A stretch of 64,000 nucleotides of DNA from the human T2T-CHM13v2.0 reference genome, Homo sapiens (GCF_009914755.1 NC_060947.1), one strand, 5' to 3'. Shown: positions 12,616-36,671, counted from the stretch's first letter. Program-made: numbers and translations. Notes: generated from the sequence alone by a model not told the origin.

Positions 12616-12985
12616 GTATATATATATTTCATATATATACTATATATGTATATATATTTTATGTATTATATATAGTATATATATATACATACTATATAAA
12701 TATATAGTGTATATATTATATATACTATATAAATATATATATACACTATATATATAGTATATAAATATATAGTATATATAATATATATTTATATACAATA
12801 TATAATAATATAGTATATAATATATATTTATATACAATATATAATAATATATATAATATATATAATAATATATATTATTAATAATATTAATAGTATATAA
12901 TCATATAATATTATAATCATATATAATATTCATATTATATATTATATTTATATATACATTTTATATATTAAAAAATATATATATT
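12616..12985. repeat. AT-rich (TA)n-type low-complexity tract, ~370 bp
   Basis: Nearly pure A/T with tatatata/tataata units, inside L1 ORF2. Confidence 0.95.
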
Positions 12986-13716
12986 TTACTTCTGTGAGGA
13001 AAGTCCTTAGTATTTTGATAGAGATTGCATTGTATCTGTACATTGGTTTGGGTAGTATGGACATTTTAACAACATTAACTCTACAAATCTATGAGCATGG
13101 GTTAACTTTACATTTATTAGTATCCTCTTCAATTTCTTTCATCCATATTTTATTATTTTTTACTGTAGAGATCTTTCACCTCCTTGGTTAAATTTATTTC
13201 TAGGTATTTTTTGAAATTTTTTGAAATTTTTGTAGCTATTGTAAAAGAGATAGATTTCTTGATTTCTTTTTCAGATAGTTTGCTGTTGCTGTGTAGAAAC
13301 ACTACTAATTATTGTACATTAAATTTGTAACTTGAAGTTTTACTGAATTCATTTATCAATACTACCAGTTATTTTTCTTTGGTTGAGTCTATAAGGTTTT
13401 ATACCTATAAGATCATGTTACTGCAGAAAAGGACTTCCTCCTGTCCAATTTGAATGACCTTTATTTCATTCTCTTGTGTAATTGTTCTACCTAAGACTCC
13501 CAGTACCATGTTGAGTAGAAGAGAGAATGGACATCCTTGTCTTCTCCTGGATTTTAGAAAAAAAAGCATTCAACTTTTCCTTATTCAACATGATGTTAGC
13601 CATGGGTTTGTCATTTTATTTATTTACTTATTTATATTTGAATATTTTAACTTTTATTTTAGGTTCAGGTTTTTTATATGGGTAAACTCATGACTTGGAG
13701 TTTTAGTGTACAGATT

Positions 13717-15896
<2,180 letters not shown>

Positions 15897-16972
15897 TTAT
15901 TTTGCTGTCTGGGTACTAAGCACAGTACCCGAAGTTTTTTTCCCCTGGACTTCTTTCTCCTCCCATCCTCCTCCTTCACGCAGGCCTCACAGTGTGAGGC
16001 CTCTTTCTGCCCATGGGTTATCATTATTTAGCTCCCAATTATAAGTGAAAACATAGGTTTGGTTTTCTGTTCCTGTGGTAGTTTGCTAAGGATAATGGCC
16101 TCTGATTCCATTCATGTTCCTGAAAAGGACATGATTTCTTTTTTTTTTTTAATGGATGCTTAGTATTGCATCGTGTGTATGTACCACATTTTCTTTATCC
16201 AGTCTGCAGTAGTTGAGCATTTAGGCTGATTTCATGCCTTTGCTATTGTGAATAGAGCTACAATGAACACATGCTTGCATGTGTTTTCGTGGTGGAAAGA
16301 TTTATATTTATTTGGGTTTATATCCAGTAGTGGGATTGCTGGGTCAAATGGTAGTTCTGTTTTTAATTACTTGAGGAATCACCACACTGCTTTCCACAAT
16401 GGTTGAACTAATTTACACTCCCACCAGCAGTGTATAAGCGTTCCCTTTTGTCCACAACCTCACCAGCATCTGTGATTTTTTAACTTTTTAATAATAGCTA
16501 TTCTGACTAGTGTGAGATGGTATCTTATTGCTGCTTTGATTTGCATTTCTCTAATGATTAGTCATGATGAGCATTTTTTCATATGCTTGTTGGCTTGTAT
16601 GTATATGCTTGTATGTCTTCTTTTGAAACGTGTCGGTTTATGTCCTTTTCCCACTTTTTAGTGAGGTGGGTTGTTTGATTTTTCCTTGTATGTTTAAGTT
16701 CCTCGTAGATTTTGTATATTAGGCCTTTGTCACATATATAGTTTGTCAATATTTTCCTCCATTCTGCAGGTTGCCTATTTACTCTGTTGATAGTTTCTTT
16801 TGCTGTGCAGAAGTTCTTTAGTTTAATTAGGTCTTATTTGTCAACTTTTGCTTTTGGTGTTTTTTTCAAAAAATCGTTGTCAGCTCCTATGTCCAAAATG
16901 GTATTTCCTAGGGTATCTTCCAGGGTTTTTATAGTTTTAGAGTTTTACATTTTGGTCTTTAATCCACCTTGA

Positions 16973-17350
<378 letters not shown>

Positions 17351-20166
17351 TGATTACTACATCCTTGTAGTACAATTTGAAGTTGGTCAATGTGATTCCT
17401 TCAGCTTTGCTCTTTTTGCCTAGGATTGCCTTGTGTATTTAGACTCTTTTATTAGCTCCATATGAATTTTTGAGTAGTTATTTCCATTTCTGTGTAGAAT
17501 GTCATTGGTAGTTTGATAGGAATAAAATTGAATCTGTAAATTGTTTTGAGGTGTATGGCCAGTTTACCAATATTGATTCTTCCCTTCCATGAACATGGAA
17601 TGTTCTTCCAATTGTTTGGGTCATCTCTGATTTCTTTGAAGAGTGTTTTTTAATTCTCATAGTAGAGATCTTTCACCTCGCTAGTTAACTGTATTCCTAA
17701 GCTTTTTATTATTTTGTGGCAATTGTGAATGGGATTGTGTTCCTGATTTGCCTCTTGGCTTGGGTGATGTTAGTGTATAGGAGTGCTACTAATTTTTGTA
17801 CATTGATCTTGTATCCTGAAACTTTGCTGAAGTTGATTATCAACTCAAGGAGTTTCGGGGCAGAGGCTATGGAGTTTTCTAGATGCAGAATCATATTGTC
17901 TGCAAACAGGGATAATTTGACCTTCTCTCTTCTTGTTTGGATGCCTGTTGTTTCTCTCTCATGCCTAATTGTTCTGGCCAGGGAATCCAATACTATGTTG
18001 AATAGGTGTGGTGGGAGTAGGCATCCTTGTCTTGTTCCAGTTTTCAAGGAAAATACTTCCAACTATTCCCCGTTCAGTATGATGTTGGCTGTGGGTTTGT
18101 TGTAGGTGGCTCTTATTATTTTAGAGTGTGTTCCTTCAAAGCTTAGTTTATTTGGGCTTTTAAATATGAAGGGATGTTGAATTTTTATCAAAAACCTTTT
18201 CTGAAACTATTGAGATAATCATTTGGTTTTGTTTTTAGTCCTGTTTATGTGATGAATCATATTTAATGATGTGCATATGGTGAACCAATCTTGCATGCTC
18301 AGGGGTAAAGACTACCTGATGATGGTGGATTAACTTTCTGATGCACTGCTAGATTCGGTTGCTAGTATTATGTTGAAGATTTTCGCATCTATATTCATCA
18401 AGATTGTCAGCCTGAAGTTGTCTTTTTTGTTGTGTCTCTGCTAGGTTTTGGTATCAGGATGATGCTGGCCTCATAGAATGAGTTGGGGAGGAGTCACTCC
18501 TCCTCAAAATTATTTTGAATAGCTTCAGTAGGAATGTTATGAGCTCTTCTTTGTACATGTGGTAGAATTTGGCTGTGTATCTATTTGGTCCTAGGCTTTT
18601 TTTTTTTTTGGTTGGTAGGCCATTTATTACTGATTCAATTTCAGAGATCATTCTTGGTCTTTTCAGGGATTCAGTTTCTTCCTGGTTTAGTCTTGTGAGG
18701 ATATATGTGTCCAGAAATGTATACATTTCTTCTAGATTTTCAAGTTTGTGTGCATAGAGGTGTTTATTATAGTCTCTGGTGTTTATTTGTACATCTGTGG
18801 GGTCAGTGGTAATGTCACCTTTGTAATTTTTAACTGTGTTTATTTGAATCTTCTCTCTTTTCTTCTTTATTAGTCTAGCTAGTGGCCATTTATTTCATTT
18901 TTTTTTCAAAAACACCAACCCCTGGATTCATTATTCTTTTGTATAGTTTTTCATATCTCTATCTCCTTTAGTTCAGCTCTGATTTTGGTTATGTCTTATC
19001 TTTTGCTGACTTTGGGGTTGGTTTCCTCTTGTTCTCTAGTTCTGCTAGTTGTGATGTTAAGTTGTGAATTTGAGATCTTTCTAAATTTTTGATGTGGGCA
19101 TTTAGTGCTATAAATTTACATCTTAACACTGCTTTAGCTGTGTCCCAGAGATTCTGGTGTGTTGTGCCTTTGTTCTCATTACTTTCAAAGAACATCTTGA
19201 TCTCCACCTTACTTTCATTATTTAACCAAGAGTCGTTCAGGAGCAGGTTGCTTAATTTCCATGTAATTGTATGATTTGTATCTTACTTTTGGCCTTGATT
19301 TTTATTTTCATTGCACTGTGATCTGACAGTGTGGTTGGTATGATTTGATTTTTGTTTGTTTTTTAATTTGCTGAGGATTGTGTTATGTCCAATTGCATGG
19401 CTGATTTTAGAGTATATACCATGTTGCCATGAAGAGAATGTATATTCTGTTGTCTTTTCAGATATTTCTGTATGTGTCTATCAGGTCCATTTGGTCAAGT
19501 GTTAAGTTCAGGTCCTGAATCTCTTTGTTAATTTCCTGCCCCAATGATCTACCAGTTACTGTCTGTGGGCTGTTGAAGTCTCCCGCTATTATTGTGTGTG
19601 AATCTAAGTTTCTTCATAGATCCCAAAGAGTTTGTTTTATGAATCTGGGTACACCTGTGTTGGGTATATATATATATAGCCCTTATTTGCCTTTTATAAT
19701 CTTTGTTGGTTTCAAATCTGTTTGGTCTGAAATTAAGATTGCAACCCCTGTTTTTTTTTTCTGTTATCCATTTGTTCAGTAGATTTTTCTCTATCTCTTT
19801 ATTTTGAGCTTATGGGTGTCATTGCATGTGAGATGGGTCTTTTGAAGACAGCATATCATTGGGTATTGCTTCTTTATTTGGCTTGATGCCTTGTGCCTTT
19901 TAATTAGGACATTTGGCCCATTTTTATTCAAGGTTAGTATTGATATGTGTGGATTTGATCCTGTCATCATGTTGTTAGCTTCTTATTATGAAGACTTGTT
20001 TGGATGATTACTTTATAGTGTCTCTGGTCTGTGTACTTAAGTGTGTTTATGTAGTGGCTGGTAATGCTCTTTCCTTTCCACAATTAGACCTTCTTTCAGG
20101 AGCTCTTACAGTGCAGGTCTGACGGTAATGAATTCCCTCAACATTTGCTTGCCTGAAAAGTATTTA

Positions 20167-20484
<318 letters not shown>

Positions 20485-20540
20485 TTATTTCACCTTCAGT
20501 TATGAAGCTTAGTTTGGCTAAATAAGAAATTCTTGCTTGA

Positions 20541-23474
<2,934 letters not shown>

Positions 23475-24649
23475 AAGAAATTCTTACTTGAAATTTCTTT
23501 CAGTTAACAATGTTCAATATAGGCCCTCAATCTCCTATGGCCTGTAATGTTTTTGCTCAGTGGTCCACTGTTATTCTGATGTGCTTTGTAGGTAACCTTT
23601 CTTTTCTCTCTAGCTGTCTTTAACATTTTTTTTTAATTTCTAATTTGAAGAATATGATGATTATGTGTCTTGCGAATGATCTTTTTGTGAAGTGTCTTGT
23701 GGGGATTCTCTGCATTTTCCGAATTTGAATGTTGGTCTCTTTATTTAGGTTGGGAAAGTTCTCAAGGATGATGTCCTGTAATATGTATTCAAAGTTGCTA
23801 CCCTTATCCCCATCTCTTTCAGCAATGCCAGTGATTCCTGTATTTGGTCTCTATACATACTTCTATATTTCTGGAAAGTTTTGTTCATTCCTTTTCTTTC
23901 TTTTTTTCTTTATTCTTGTCTGACTGTCTTATTTCAGAAAACCACTCTTCAAGCTCTGAGAGCCTTTACTCAGCCTGGTCTATTCTGCTGATAATACTTG
24001 TGGTTGCATTATGAAATTCTTCTTGTGTTTTTTCAGCTCTACCAGGTCAGTTATTTTCTTTTCTCTACTGGTTGTTTTGCCTGTGAGCTCTTGTTTCCCT
24101 TTATTGTGATTCTTAGCTTCCTTGGACTGGGTTTTAATGTTCTGAATCTTGATAATCTTTGTTCCTATCCATATTCTGAATTCTATTTCTGCCATTTTAG
24201 TTGTATCAGCCCAGTTACAAAGCCTCATTGGAGAATTAGTAGGATCATTCGGAGAAGAGAAGGTACTCTGTCTTTTTGAGTTGCCAGAGTTTTTGTGCTG
24301 TTTTTTTTTTTCCATTTCTGTGGACTGATGTTTCTTGTCTTTGAAATTGCTGTCCGTTAGATGAATTGTTTTAATTCTTTCTTATTTGATGCCCTTGGTG
24401 ATTGATTATGATATAAGGCGGGAATTTTGACTGGCTACGATTCTAGTCTTCTCCTGGGTCTTTGAGAAGCCCCCTCCAATTACTATCTCTGTATCCATGT
24501 TTATTTTGCTGGGTATTGTGGTCCACAAGGCTCCGTTAGGCTGAGGCTGCAGTTGGCCAAGAAGATGTGTCCTCACCAGGTTGGCCCTAATCTGCTGTCT
24601 GTGTGCTTTCTGGGAAAGTATAGGGTTGCATCCATCCATGGAGTTCAGG

Positions 24650-26150
24650 TGGTAGCGGGATGGCTGGGTTGGGAATTCTAGAGAGTGTGATCCATCTGGC
24701 TACAGGGGATGGGGTGGGTGGGGTTGCCAGTCCTGCTGTCTGGATGTTTCCAGGCCAAGAGGAGACAGTGCCCCTTGGCAAATTAAGGCAGACTGCTGTG
24801 CTAGAAGCTCTAACAGTTTTTCCCTGCATGACTATCAGTGGCAGGAGTGGGAAGGGTCATCCGCCCTGCCATCTAGATGTTTCCCAGAATAACAGGAGGC
24901 CATGTCCCCCACCTGAGTTCATACAGAATTAGGGCCATTTAGTGGCAAGCTGCAGCAAGTGTTCCCCACCTCGCTACCGGAGGTGGGGGAAGGTGGAAAC
25001 TTGTGCTCCACTGTCTGGGTGTTTCCTGGGAATACAGAAAGCTGCACCTTGCAGCTGAGCTCCCACCAAACAAGGCTTCTGGCCTAGATAGTCTAGCAGG
25101 TATTATCTGCCTGGCTATCAGTGGTGGGGGTGGGTGGCATCTTGTGCTGATTTCGGGGTGTTTACTGTGACAACAGGGAGCTGCACCCTCTCCCCCACCA
25201 AACAGCTGAGTTCACACGGAAACAAGGCTGCTAGAAGCTTCAGCAGGCATTGCCTACCTGGCTATCAGTAGTGGGGGCAGGTGGGGTCACTTGCTCTGCT
25301 CCCTGCTAAGCCCAAACAGCCTGCTGTCAGGGTGTTTCCTGTGACAATAGGAAGCTGCACCCTCCAGCTGAGTTCACAAAGCAGCAAGGCCACTGGGCTG
25401 GAAGCTCTAGCAAGAATTGCCTGCCTGGCTACTAGTGGTGGGAGTGGGTGAGGTCTCTCCCTCTGCCATCTGGTGTTTCCTGTGATACAGGAAACTGCAC
25501 CCTCCTGCTGAATTCACACAGAAACAGGGAAGCTGGGCCAGAGACTCTAGCAGGCCCGCCAGCCTGGCTACAAGTGGCAGACACAGATGAGGTCATGTGC
25601 TCTGATCTCCAGGTTTTTCCCATGACAACAGGAAGCTGCTCCCTCCAGCTGAGCTCACATAGAAGCAAGGCTTCTGGACCAGAAGGTCTAGCAGGCATTG
25701 CCCCCGCTGGCTACCAGGGTCAAGGGCAAGTAGTCTTGTGCTTTGCTGTCCAGGTGCTTCCTGTTACAACAGGAAGCTATGACCTCCAGCTGAGCTCACA
25801 CAGCAGCCAGTCCACTGGGCCAGAGGGTCTAGTAGGCTTTGCCCATCTGGCTACCAGTGGTGAGGGTGGATGTGGTCTTATGCTCTGCCATCTGAGAGTT
25901 TCATGCAAAAACAGGAAGCTGCATCCTCCAGGTGGGCTCACACAGCAGTGGAGCTGCTTGGCCAGAGGCTTTAACATATATCAGCCACCTGGTTACTAAT
26001 GGCAGGAGTGGCTAGGGTCTCAGGCTCTGATGTTCAGGGTGTGTTTCCCATGGCAACAGGAAGTTGTGCCCTCCAGCTGAGTTCACACAAATGTGGGACT
26101 GCTGGCTGGCTGGCTACCAGTGCCAGAGGTGGAAGACGTGGCTGGCTGAG
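24650..26150 (-). repeat. ~11 diverged tandem monomers of ~140 bp in the L1 5'UTR
   Basis: A 'cctggcta(c/t)cagtgg'-like anchor recurs at ~24697, 24830, 24970, 25111, 25258, 25426, 25564, 25708, 25847, 25989 and 26110, with a shared 'caggaagctgcaccctccagctgagttcaca'. Confidence 0.88.
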
Positions 26151-27081
26151 TTCATGCTGAATCAGGACTACTGGTCCAGAAGCTGGCACTGAGCCCTGGC
26201 CAGGAAGCTGTGTTGAAGCAATGTCAGTGCTCTCCAGCACTGCAACTGGAGCCTTTATTGTGGCTGTGGCACTTATGCTGGTCTGCTCTGGGACCCAAGG
26301 CTTCTGGGCATCCCCTTGGACTTGGGAATTGCCTCCTTAAAATTTTAGGGTGGCTCTCTGTCTGAGTCTAGAAGTGTGTTGGGGGGGTACAGGGTGTTCA
26401 GGGTTATTCTCACTTTCCCAGTCTTTCACAGTCCCTGTGGGGAGTGTGAATCCCCCTGGGGGCTCTCACTCATTCTTTCCCATGTTGGGGAGGTTCCTTT
26501 GGCTCCCTACTGAGCCCAGACAGGCTGGTGCCGAGCTTCACTCCTCTGTGTTCTCTGTGTTCCCCTGCTGCCCTGATGGATCCTGACATAGCTACTCAGA
26601 TGAGTGGTCTGCAAAGTCTATGTGCACTACCCCTTTTGTTTACTCTCCATGACGGTAGCACAAATGAGATGCTTGTTATCCATCATCTTAGCCATGCCTC
26701 TGACTTTGTCATTTATGGCCTTTACTGCAATGAAGTATGTTCTTTCTAGACCTAATTTGTTTTGTATTTCTCTTAAAACAGGATATAAAATTGTATTGAA
26801 TGTTCTTTCTGTATCTATTGAGAACAACATAAATTTTTCCCTTCATTCTATTAATGTAATGTATCATGTATTCTGATTTGCATATGTTGAACTATCCTTA
26901 TATCCTTGGGATGAATACCATATGGTCATGGTGAAATACTTTTTGATGTGCTGTTAAATTTGCTTTTATGGTGTTTGCATGAGAAATTTTGCATCTATGG
27001 TCATTGAGGATATTGGCATGTAGTTTTTGCTGTGTTTTTGAAGAACTTGGTGAAGAGGATGATGCTGTAATTGGAGAATGA

Positions 27082-30449
<3,368 letters not shown>

Positions 30450-33115
30450 CTGGTATTAGTTTCTGCATAAATATTTGGTAGAATTTAGTAGTGAAATAAT
30501 CATGTACTTGCCCTTTGTCTAACGAGAGTCTTTTTGTTACTGTTTCAATCTTAGTACTCATTATCGTTTTCTTCAGGTTTTCAATTTCTTCATGATTAAA
30601 TCTTGATAGGCTGTATGCTTCCAGGAATTCATTTCTTCAGCGTTTTCTAGTTTGTTAGCATGTAGTCTCTAATGATGCTTTTTATTTCTGTGATATTAGT
30701 TATGGTGTGTCCTTCATCTCTGATTTTATTTATTTCTATTGTAGTGTAGTTAAAGGATTTTTAAAATTATGTTATATTTTCAAAAAAAGAACTATTCTTC
30801 TTGTTGATCTTTTGTATGGTTTCTTTAGTCTGTACTTTTTTAAATTTCTGTTGTGATTCTTATAATTTCTTTCCTTTTGCTGACTTTTGGCTTGGTTTTC
30901 CTTTTGTTTGTTTTTCTAGCTCCTTGAAGTAGAATGCTAGGTTATTTATTTGAAAACTTGAACAAAACAAATACTGTTCATTGTTGAATGTGGAGGTGTT
31001 GAAAGCCCCTACTATTATTGTATAGTGTATGTCTCTGCCTTTAAGTCTATTAATATTTGCTTTATAAATTCAGCTGCTTTTATTTGGGGTGCATATATAT
31101 TTGTAATTGCTATATCCTCCTGCTCTATTGACATCTTTATCATTCTATAATGGCCTTTTCTGTTTCCTTATACAGCTTTTTGGTTAAGGGCTATTTTATC
31201 TGACATAAGTATACCTACTCCTGCTCTTTTTTGGTTTTATTTGCATGGAATATTTATTTTCATCCCTTCGCCTTTAGTTTGTGCATTTTCTTACAGATGA
31301 AGTGAGGCTCTTGTAGCACTATATATTTGGGTCTTGGGTCCTGTTTTTTCTTTTTTCCCAATTCAGCCACTCCATGTCTTTTAATTGGAGAATTTCGTTA
31401 ATTCATATTCAAGGTAATTATTGATAAGTAAGGGCTTACTACTGCCGTTTTGTTGTTTTCTATTTGTTTTGTAGGTTATTTCTTTTTCTCTTATGATTTT
31501 TATTTGTGTTTAAATACTTTCCTTTAGTAGTATGTTTTGATTTCTTGCATTTTATTTTTGGTGTCATTACTATAGTTTTTTTGCTTCATAGTTACCACGA
31601 GGCTTACAAAAAATGTCTTATAAGGAGTTATTTTAAGCTGATAACATCACAGAAGAAAAACTGTCACAGAACAACTTATCACAGAGGAAAAGCTTTCTTT
31701 TCTTATCACAAATAAAAAAATTAACAAATATGCTACACATTTTGACTCCATTCTGCCCCACATGTTTTGAATTTGGTATTAAAATTTCCATGTTTATATT
31801 ACCCGTCTCAACAAATTACTGAAGTAACATTATTGTTTTTAATAGTTTCTATTTTAGTTTCCATATTAAAGTTTTAAGTGGTTTACATCCCATAATTTCA
31901 GTAGTAGAATTACAATTATGTAACATTCTTTTCTTTTGGTTTGAGAAACTCCCTTTAAAATTTCTTATAGGACAGATCCGTTAGTGATAAATGCCGCCAG
32001 CTATTGTTTGTCTGTAAAAGTCATTATCTCGTCTTTATTTCTGAAGGATAGCTTTACTGGGTAAAGTATTCTTGGTTGACAGCTTTCTTCCTTTGCACTC
32101 TGAATACATAGTCTCACGTCTCCTGTCCTCTAAAGTTTCTGCAGAGAAGTCTACTACCAGTCATGTTTGATCTCCATTGTATGTTATTTTCTTCCTATCT
32201 CTTGCTGTTTTCAGAATCCTTTCTTTGTCTTAGACCTTTCAGAGTTTGATTATAATATGTGATGGAGTTGTCTTATTTGGATTGAATCAGATTAGTGACT
32301 TTTCACCTTCCTGTACATGGATATTTATGTGCTTCTCCTCATTCAAAAAATTTCTGTTATTACTTTTTGAAAAGCTTTTGTACTTTTTTCCTCAATTTTT
32401 TCTTTAACTATAATAAACTAAATATTTGCTCTTTTCATGTTTTCCTACACATCCTGTCAGCTCTCTTAATCCTTTTTTATTTTTAATTCTTATTTATCCT
32501 CTGTCTGCGTATTTTCCAAACAGCCTGTCTTCAAGCTCATTTATTCTTTCTTCTGTTTGATTAATTCTTCTACTGATGCTCTCTATTGCTTTTTTCTTTC
32601 TTTCCTTGTATTTTTTGGTTCCAGAATTTCTGTTTGATTTTTTATTATTTCAATCTCTGTGTTAGATTTATGTGATAAATTTTTGAATTAATTTTCTGTG
32701 CTTTATTGAAGTTTATTGTTCCTCCTTAAAACAACTATTTTGAATTTAATGTCTGAGACATCAAATATGTCTATAAATTTTGGGTCAGTTTCTGGCATCT
32801 TATTTTGTCCTTTTGAATGGGCCATATTTCCCTGAATGTTCTTGATGTTGGTGGATCTGTGACAATGTCTGTATATTGAGGGATCAGGTATTTGTTTCAA
32901 TCTCCACAGTCTGAGTTTGTTTGTGCCTGTCTTTCAGAGAGCCTTGCAGAGATTCTAAGCAGACTGACTGTACAGCCTGTGACACGAAAGTTGTCTCAGC
33001 ACTAGAGAGGCCTCTAAGCCCAGGCTTTCCATGAGCCTCAGGAGGGCTATGAGTTTGATGCAGTTCTAAGGGATGAATAGACCTGGGGAAGACACAAATA
33101 GGGTACTAGAGCTGT

Positions 33116-33870
33116 GTGAGAATAGGAAACTCATATATACTAAATACTACAGAGGTCCCTCAGAAAACTAAAAATAGAACTACCATGAGATACAACAACC
33201 CCACTACTGGGTATATATCTAAAATAAAGGATGTCAATATGTCAACAGAAACCTGCACTTACATTGTTATTGCAGCACTATTTACAAAAGCAAAGATATG
33301 GAATCAACCCAAACATTCATCAACAGAGGAATGAATAGAGAAAATGTGGTATACAGGCACAATGGAATACTATCAAGCCATAACAAAGAATGAAATTCTG
33401 TTATTTTCAGCAACATCAATGGAATTGAAAGACATTATGTTAAGTAAAATAAGCTGGGTACAGAGAGATACTGCCTTGTATCACTTATATGTAGAACCTA
33501 AAAGAGTAGATCTTGTAGAAGTAGAGAGTAGAGTAATGTTTAGTGGAGGCTAGGAAGTGGGAGGGGATACTCAGAGATTGGTTAACAAATATAAAATTAT
33601 AACTAGAAAGGAGAAATAAATTGTAATATTCTATAGCACCATAGGGTAACTATAATTAACAACAATTTATTGCACATTTTCAAATAGGTAGAAGACTGGA
33701 TTTTGAATATTCCCAACACAAAGAAATTATAAGCATTTGTAGTGATGGCTAATTACTCTGATTTGATTACTTCACATTGTATACTAGTATCAGAATATCA
33801 CACTGTACCCCATAAATATTTACTATTATTATGTGTCAATTAAAAATAATAATAAGAGAAAAAAATTAAA
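33116..33870 (+). mobile_element. L1MA-type 3' end fragment inserted in the host L1 5' region
   Basis: ORF2 C-terminus-like 'IAALFTKAKIWNQPK' and 'MEYYQAITKNEILLF', L1MA 3'UTR and A tail. Confidence 0.85.
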
Positions 33871-34414
33871 AGATCTGCTGTGGGACTGAGTTTGGTAAGC
33901 CCATCAAAAAGGGCAGACTCTCAAACTGTGAGATATGGGCGATTCTCCTACTGGGTCCTTGTGGGAGCATTTCTGGACTGAACTCTAAGCAAAGGGGGCC
34001 TGGAGCTGAGCCACAGGGAAACATTCATGTTCATTTTCCAGACTGATGTTAGCAGGCAGACAAGCTTCTCACCCAAGCACTAGTGTGTGGGATTCTTTCT
34101 GCACTACTTGGCAGATGGTTTTGGTTGTAGTCTCAAGGCCAATCAGGGATGTAGCCAAGCCCCTTGGGAAACTGGATTATTTCTGATCTTTAACTCAGAA
34201 GCACAATCTGGGTATTAGCTATGTGGATGCAACTGTGCACTCTCAAAATAACCCTCCTAAGTCTTGGGGTCCAGTGGGGTTTCACAACATCCTACTTGAA
34301 TCCTGAGGCTCCTACTGAGAAACTTTTGTCTGGGAATTGGTGTAGAATTGTTGTTGTTGTGCAGGGATATGAGTGGGTTATTTCTTATTCCACCATATTG
34401 CTATTGTCACTTCC

Positions 34415-35000
34415 CAGTGTTTAAGATTTTGTCAAGATGAACTTGTCTCTCTTGCACTTGACTCTACAGAATGAAAGATCTTGGTGTGAGTAGAGAATGG
34501 GAAAAAGTTGGAGTTATAGTTACTGGAAAGTGATATCCAAATTGTATAGAGGTGAAAAGAGAGGAGCAAATCAGCATCTGGAGAGAGAATACCTTAAATC
34601 CCTGAAGATACAGGGAGAAAGAGGGATGTTACTACACTTATGTCTTTCAAAATTATCCTTGGATTCTTCATCACCAAAAAAACCCCACTGTGGTGTAGCT
34701 TTCAAACTTACAACAAGTGCCTCAAATTTAACTAACTTCCTATCTGCTATTCCTCTCCTGATATGCTCTTACAAAAATTTGATCATCATTCTCCTTAACT
34801 TTATCAATAATTATTTCAGAAGCAGGAGGGGAGCATTCCAACTTCTGCATCTCCCATATAAAATACCTCCAAAAGTCCTTCTGACCCCCATTCTTAATTA
34901 ATTTATGGGGCCAAAAATGCCACTAACTGATGGTTTGGACAAACAAGATAGATTACATTAACTGCCTTCAGGCAGTTCCTCCAAAAAATGACTAGAAGCA
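34415..35000 (+). mobile_element. Probable continuation of the ERVL-class internal sequence (integrase C-terminus/env start), part 3
   Basis: Resumes after the L1M 5' end. Purine-rich, degenerate integrase C-terminal-like reading ('...EKRGANQHLEREYLKSL'). Assignment is inferred. Confidence 0.45.
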
Positions 35001-35078
35001 ATTATTTTTGTTACAGCTTCATACAGCTAGAATTCACATACATACTTAAAATTCACCTATTTAAAGTGCACAGCTCAA

Positions 35079-35147
35079 TTTTTTTTTTTTGACGGAGTCT
35101 CACACTGTTGCCCAGGCTGGAGTGCAGTGGCATGATCTCGGCTCACT
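35079..35147 (-). mobile_element. Severely 5'-truncated Alu (~70 bp)
   Basis: PolyT + 'gacggagtctcacactgttgcccaggctggagtgcagtggcatgatctcggctcact'. TSD agctcaat on both sides. Confidence 0.9.
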
Positions 35148-36337
35148 AGCTCAATGTTTTTAAACATGTTTTAATCTAATTTCAAGATTAATCAGTATTA
35201 TCATATGTATCCATATTTCAATCCTTGATGTTGCTTTAAAAGAGTGTATAAGACTGTATATTTTCCTTACCCATTCATCGATTGATGAATATTAGTTGTT
35301 TCCACACTTTCATCATTAAGAAAAATGCTGCTAAGAACATTCGTATACAGTACAAGTTTCTATATGGATATATACTTTCATTTCTCTTGAATATATACTT
35401 AGGAGTAAAATTGTTGGACATATGACAACTCTGTGATGAACAATATGAATACTGCCAAAATATTTTCAAGAGTGGCTACATCATCTTATATTATTGCCAG
35501 TAATACTTGAAGGTTCCAATTTCTCCCCATCCTCACAAAAACTTGTTATTGTTAGTCTTTTTAACTCTAGCCATTTTAGGATGTGTGAAGTGTTATCTCA
35601 TTGTGACTTTGATTGACTTTGATTTACATTTCCCTTATAACTAATAATGTTGAGCACCATTTCATGTGCTTATTGGCTGTTAGTATATCTTATTTTGGGA
35701 AATGTCTATTCAGATCTTTTGCCTAATTTTTAATTGTGTTAATTTGATTATTTTTTTATTGTGTTGTAAGAGGTTTTTTAAAAAACATATTCTGGATGCA
35801 AGCCTTTGATAGGTTCATGATTTTCAAACACTTCTTCTGTATCTTTTTTATTTATTTTTGATATCTTTTTTCATAATAAAATTTGTTAGTTATCATTTAG
35901 TCAAATTATATTATTGTTGCTTGTGTTGTGGGTGTCATATCTAAGGAAGCATTAACTAGCAAAGGACAACAATGATTTACTCATTTGCTTTTATTTTAAA
36001 GTGTTATTATTTTAGCTTTCACACTGAGGTCTATAATACACTTTGAGTTAATTTTTGTGTATAGTAGTAAATAGGAGTCATCACGTGGATACTCACTTGC
36101 CCCAACACTATTTGTTGAAATGACTATTTTTTCATTAAATTCTTTCATCAGTCTTCTTGAAAGTCAGTTGACTACAAATGTGACAGTCTACTTCTGGGCT
36201 TTCAGTTATATTCCATTGATATATTTGCCTATACTTATGCCAGTGTCACTCTGTCTTGAAAGCAATAGGTTTGTAGTAAGTTTTGAAATAAAGAAATGTG
36301 GATTCTCCAACTTTGCTCTTTTCATTCAAGATTGCTA

Positions 36338-36671
<334 letters not shown>

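Noticed and set aside
12640-12837. Tyr/Ile-rich ORF (also Phe/Leu/Ser-rich ORFs at 59812-60266)
   Set aside because: Translations of simple repeats.
24650-26150. CRISPR-like or coding repeat array (ORF 25448-25999)
   Set aside because: Whole units are homologous with no unique spacers, the context is a eukaryotic L1 5'UTR, and the ORF is a by-product of the repeat.
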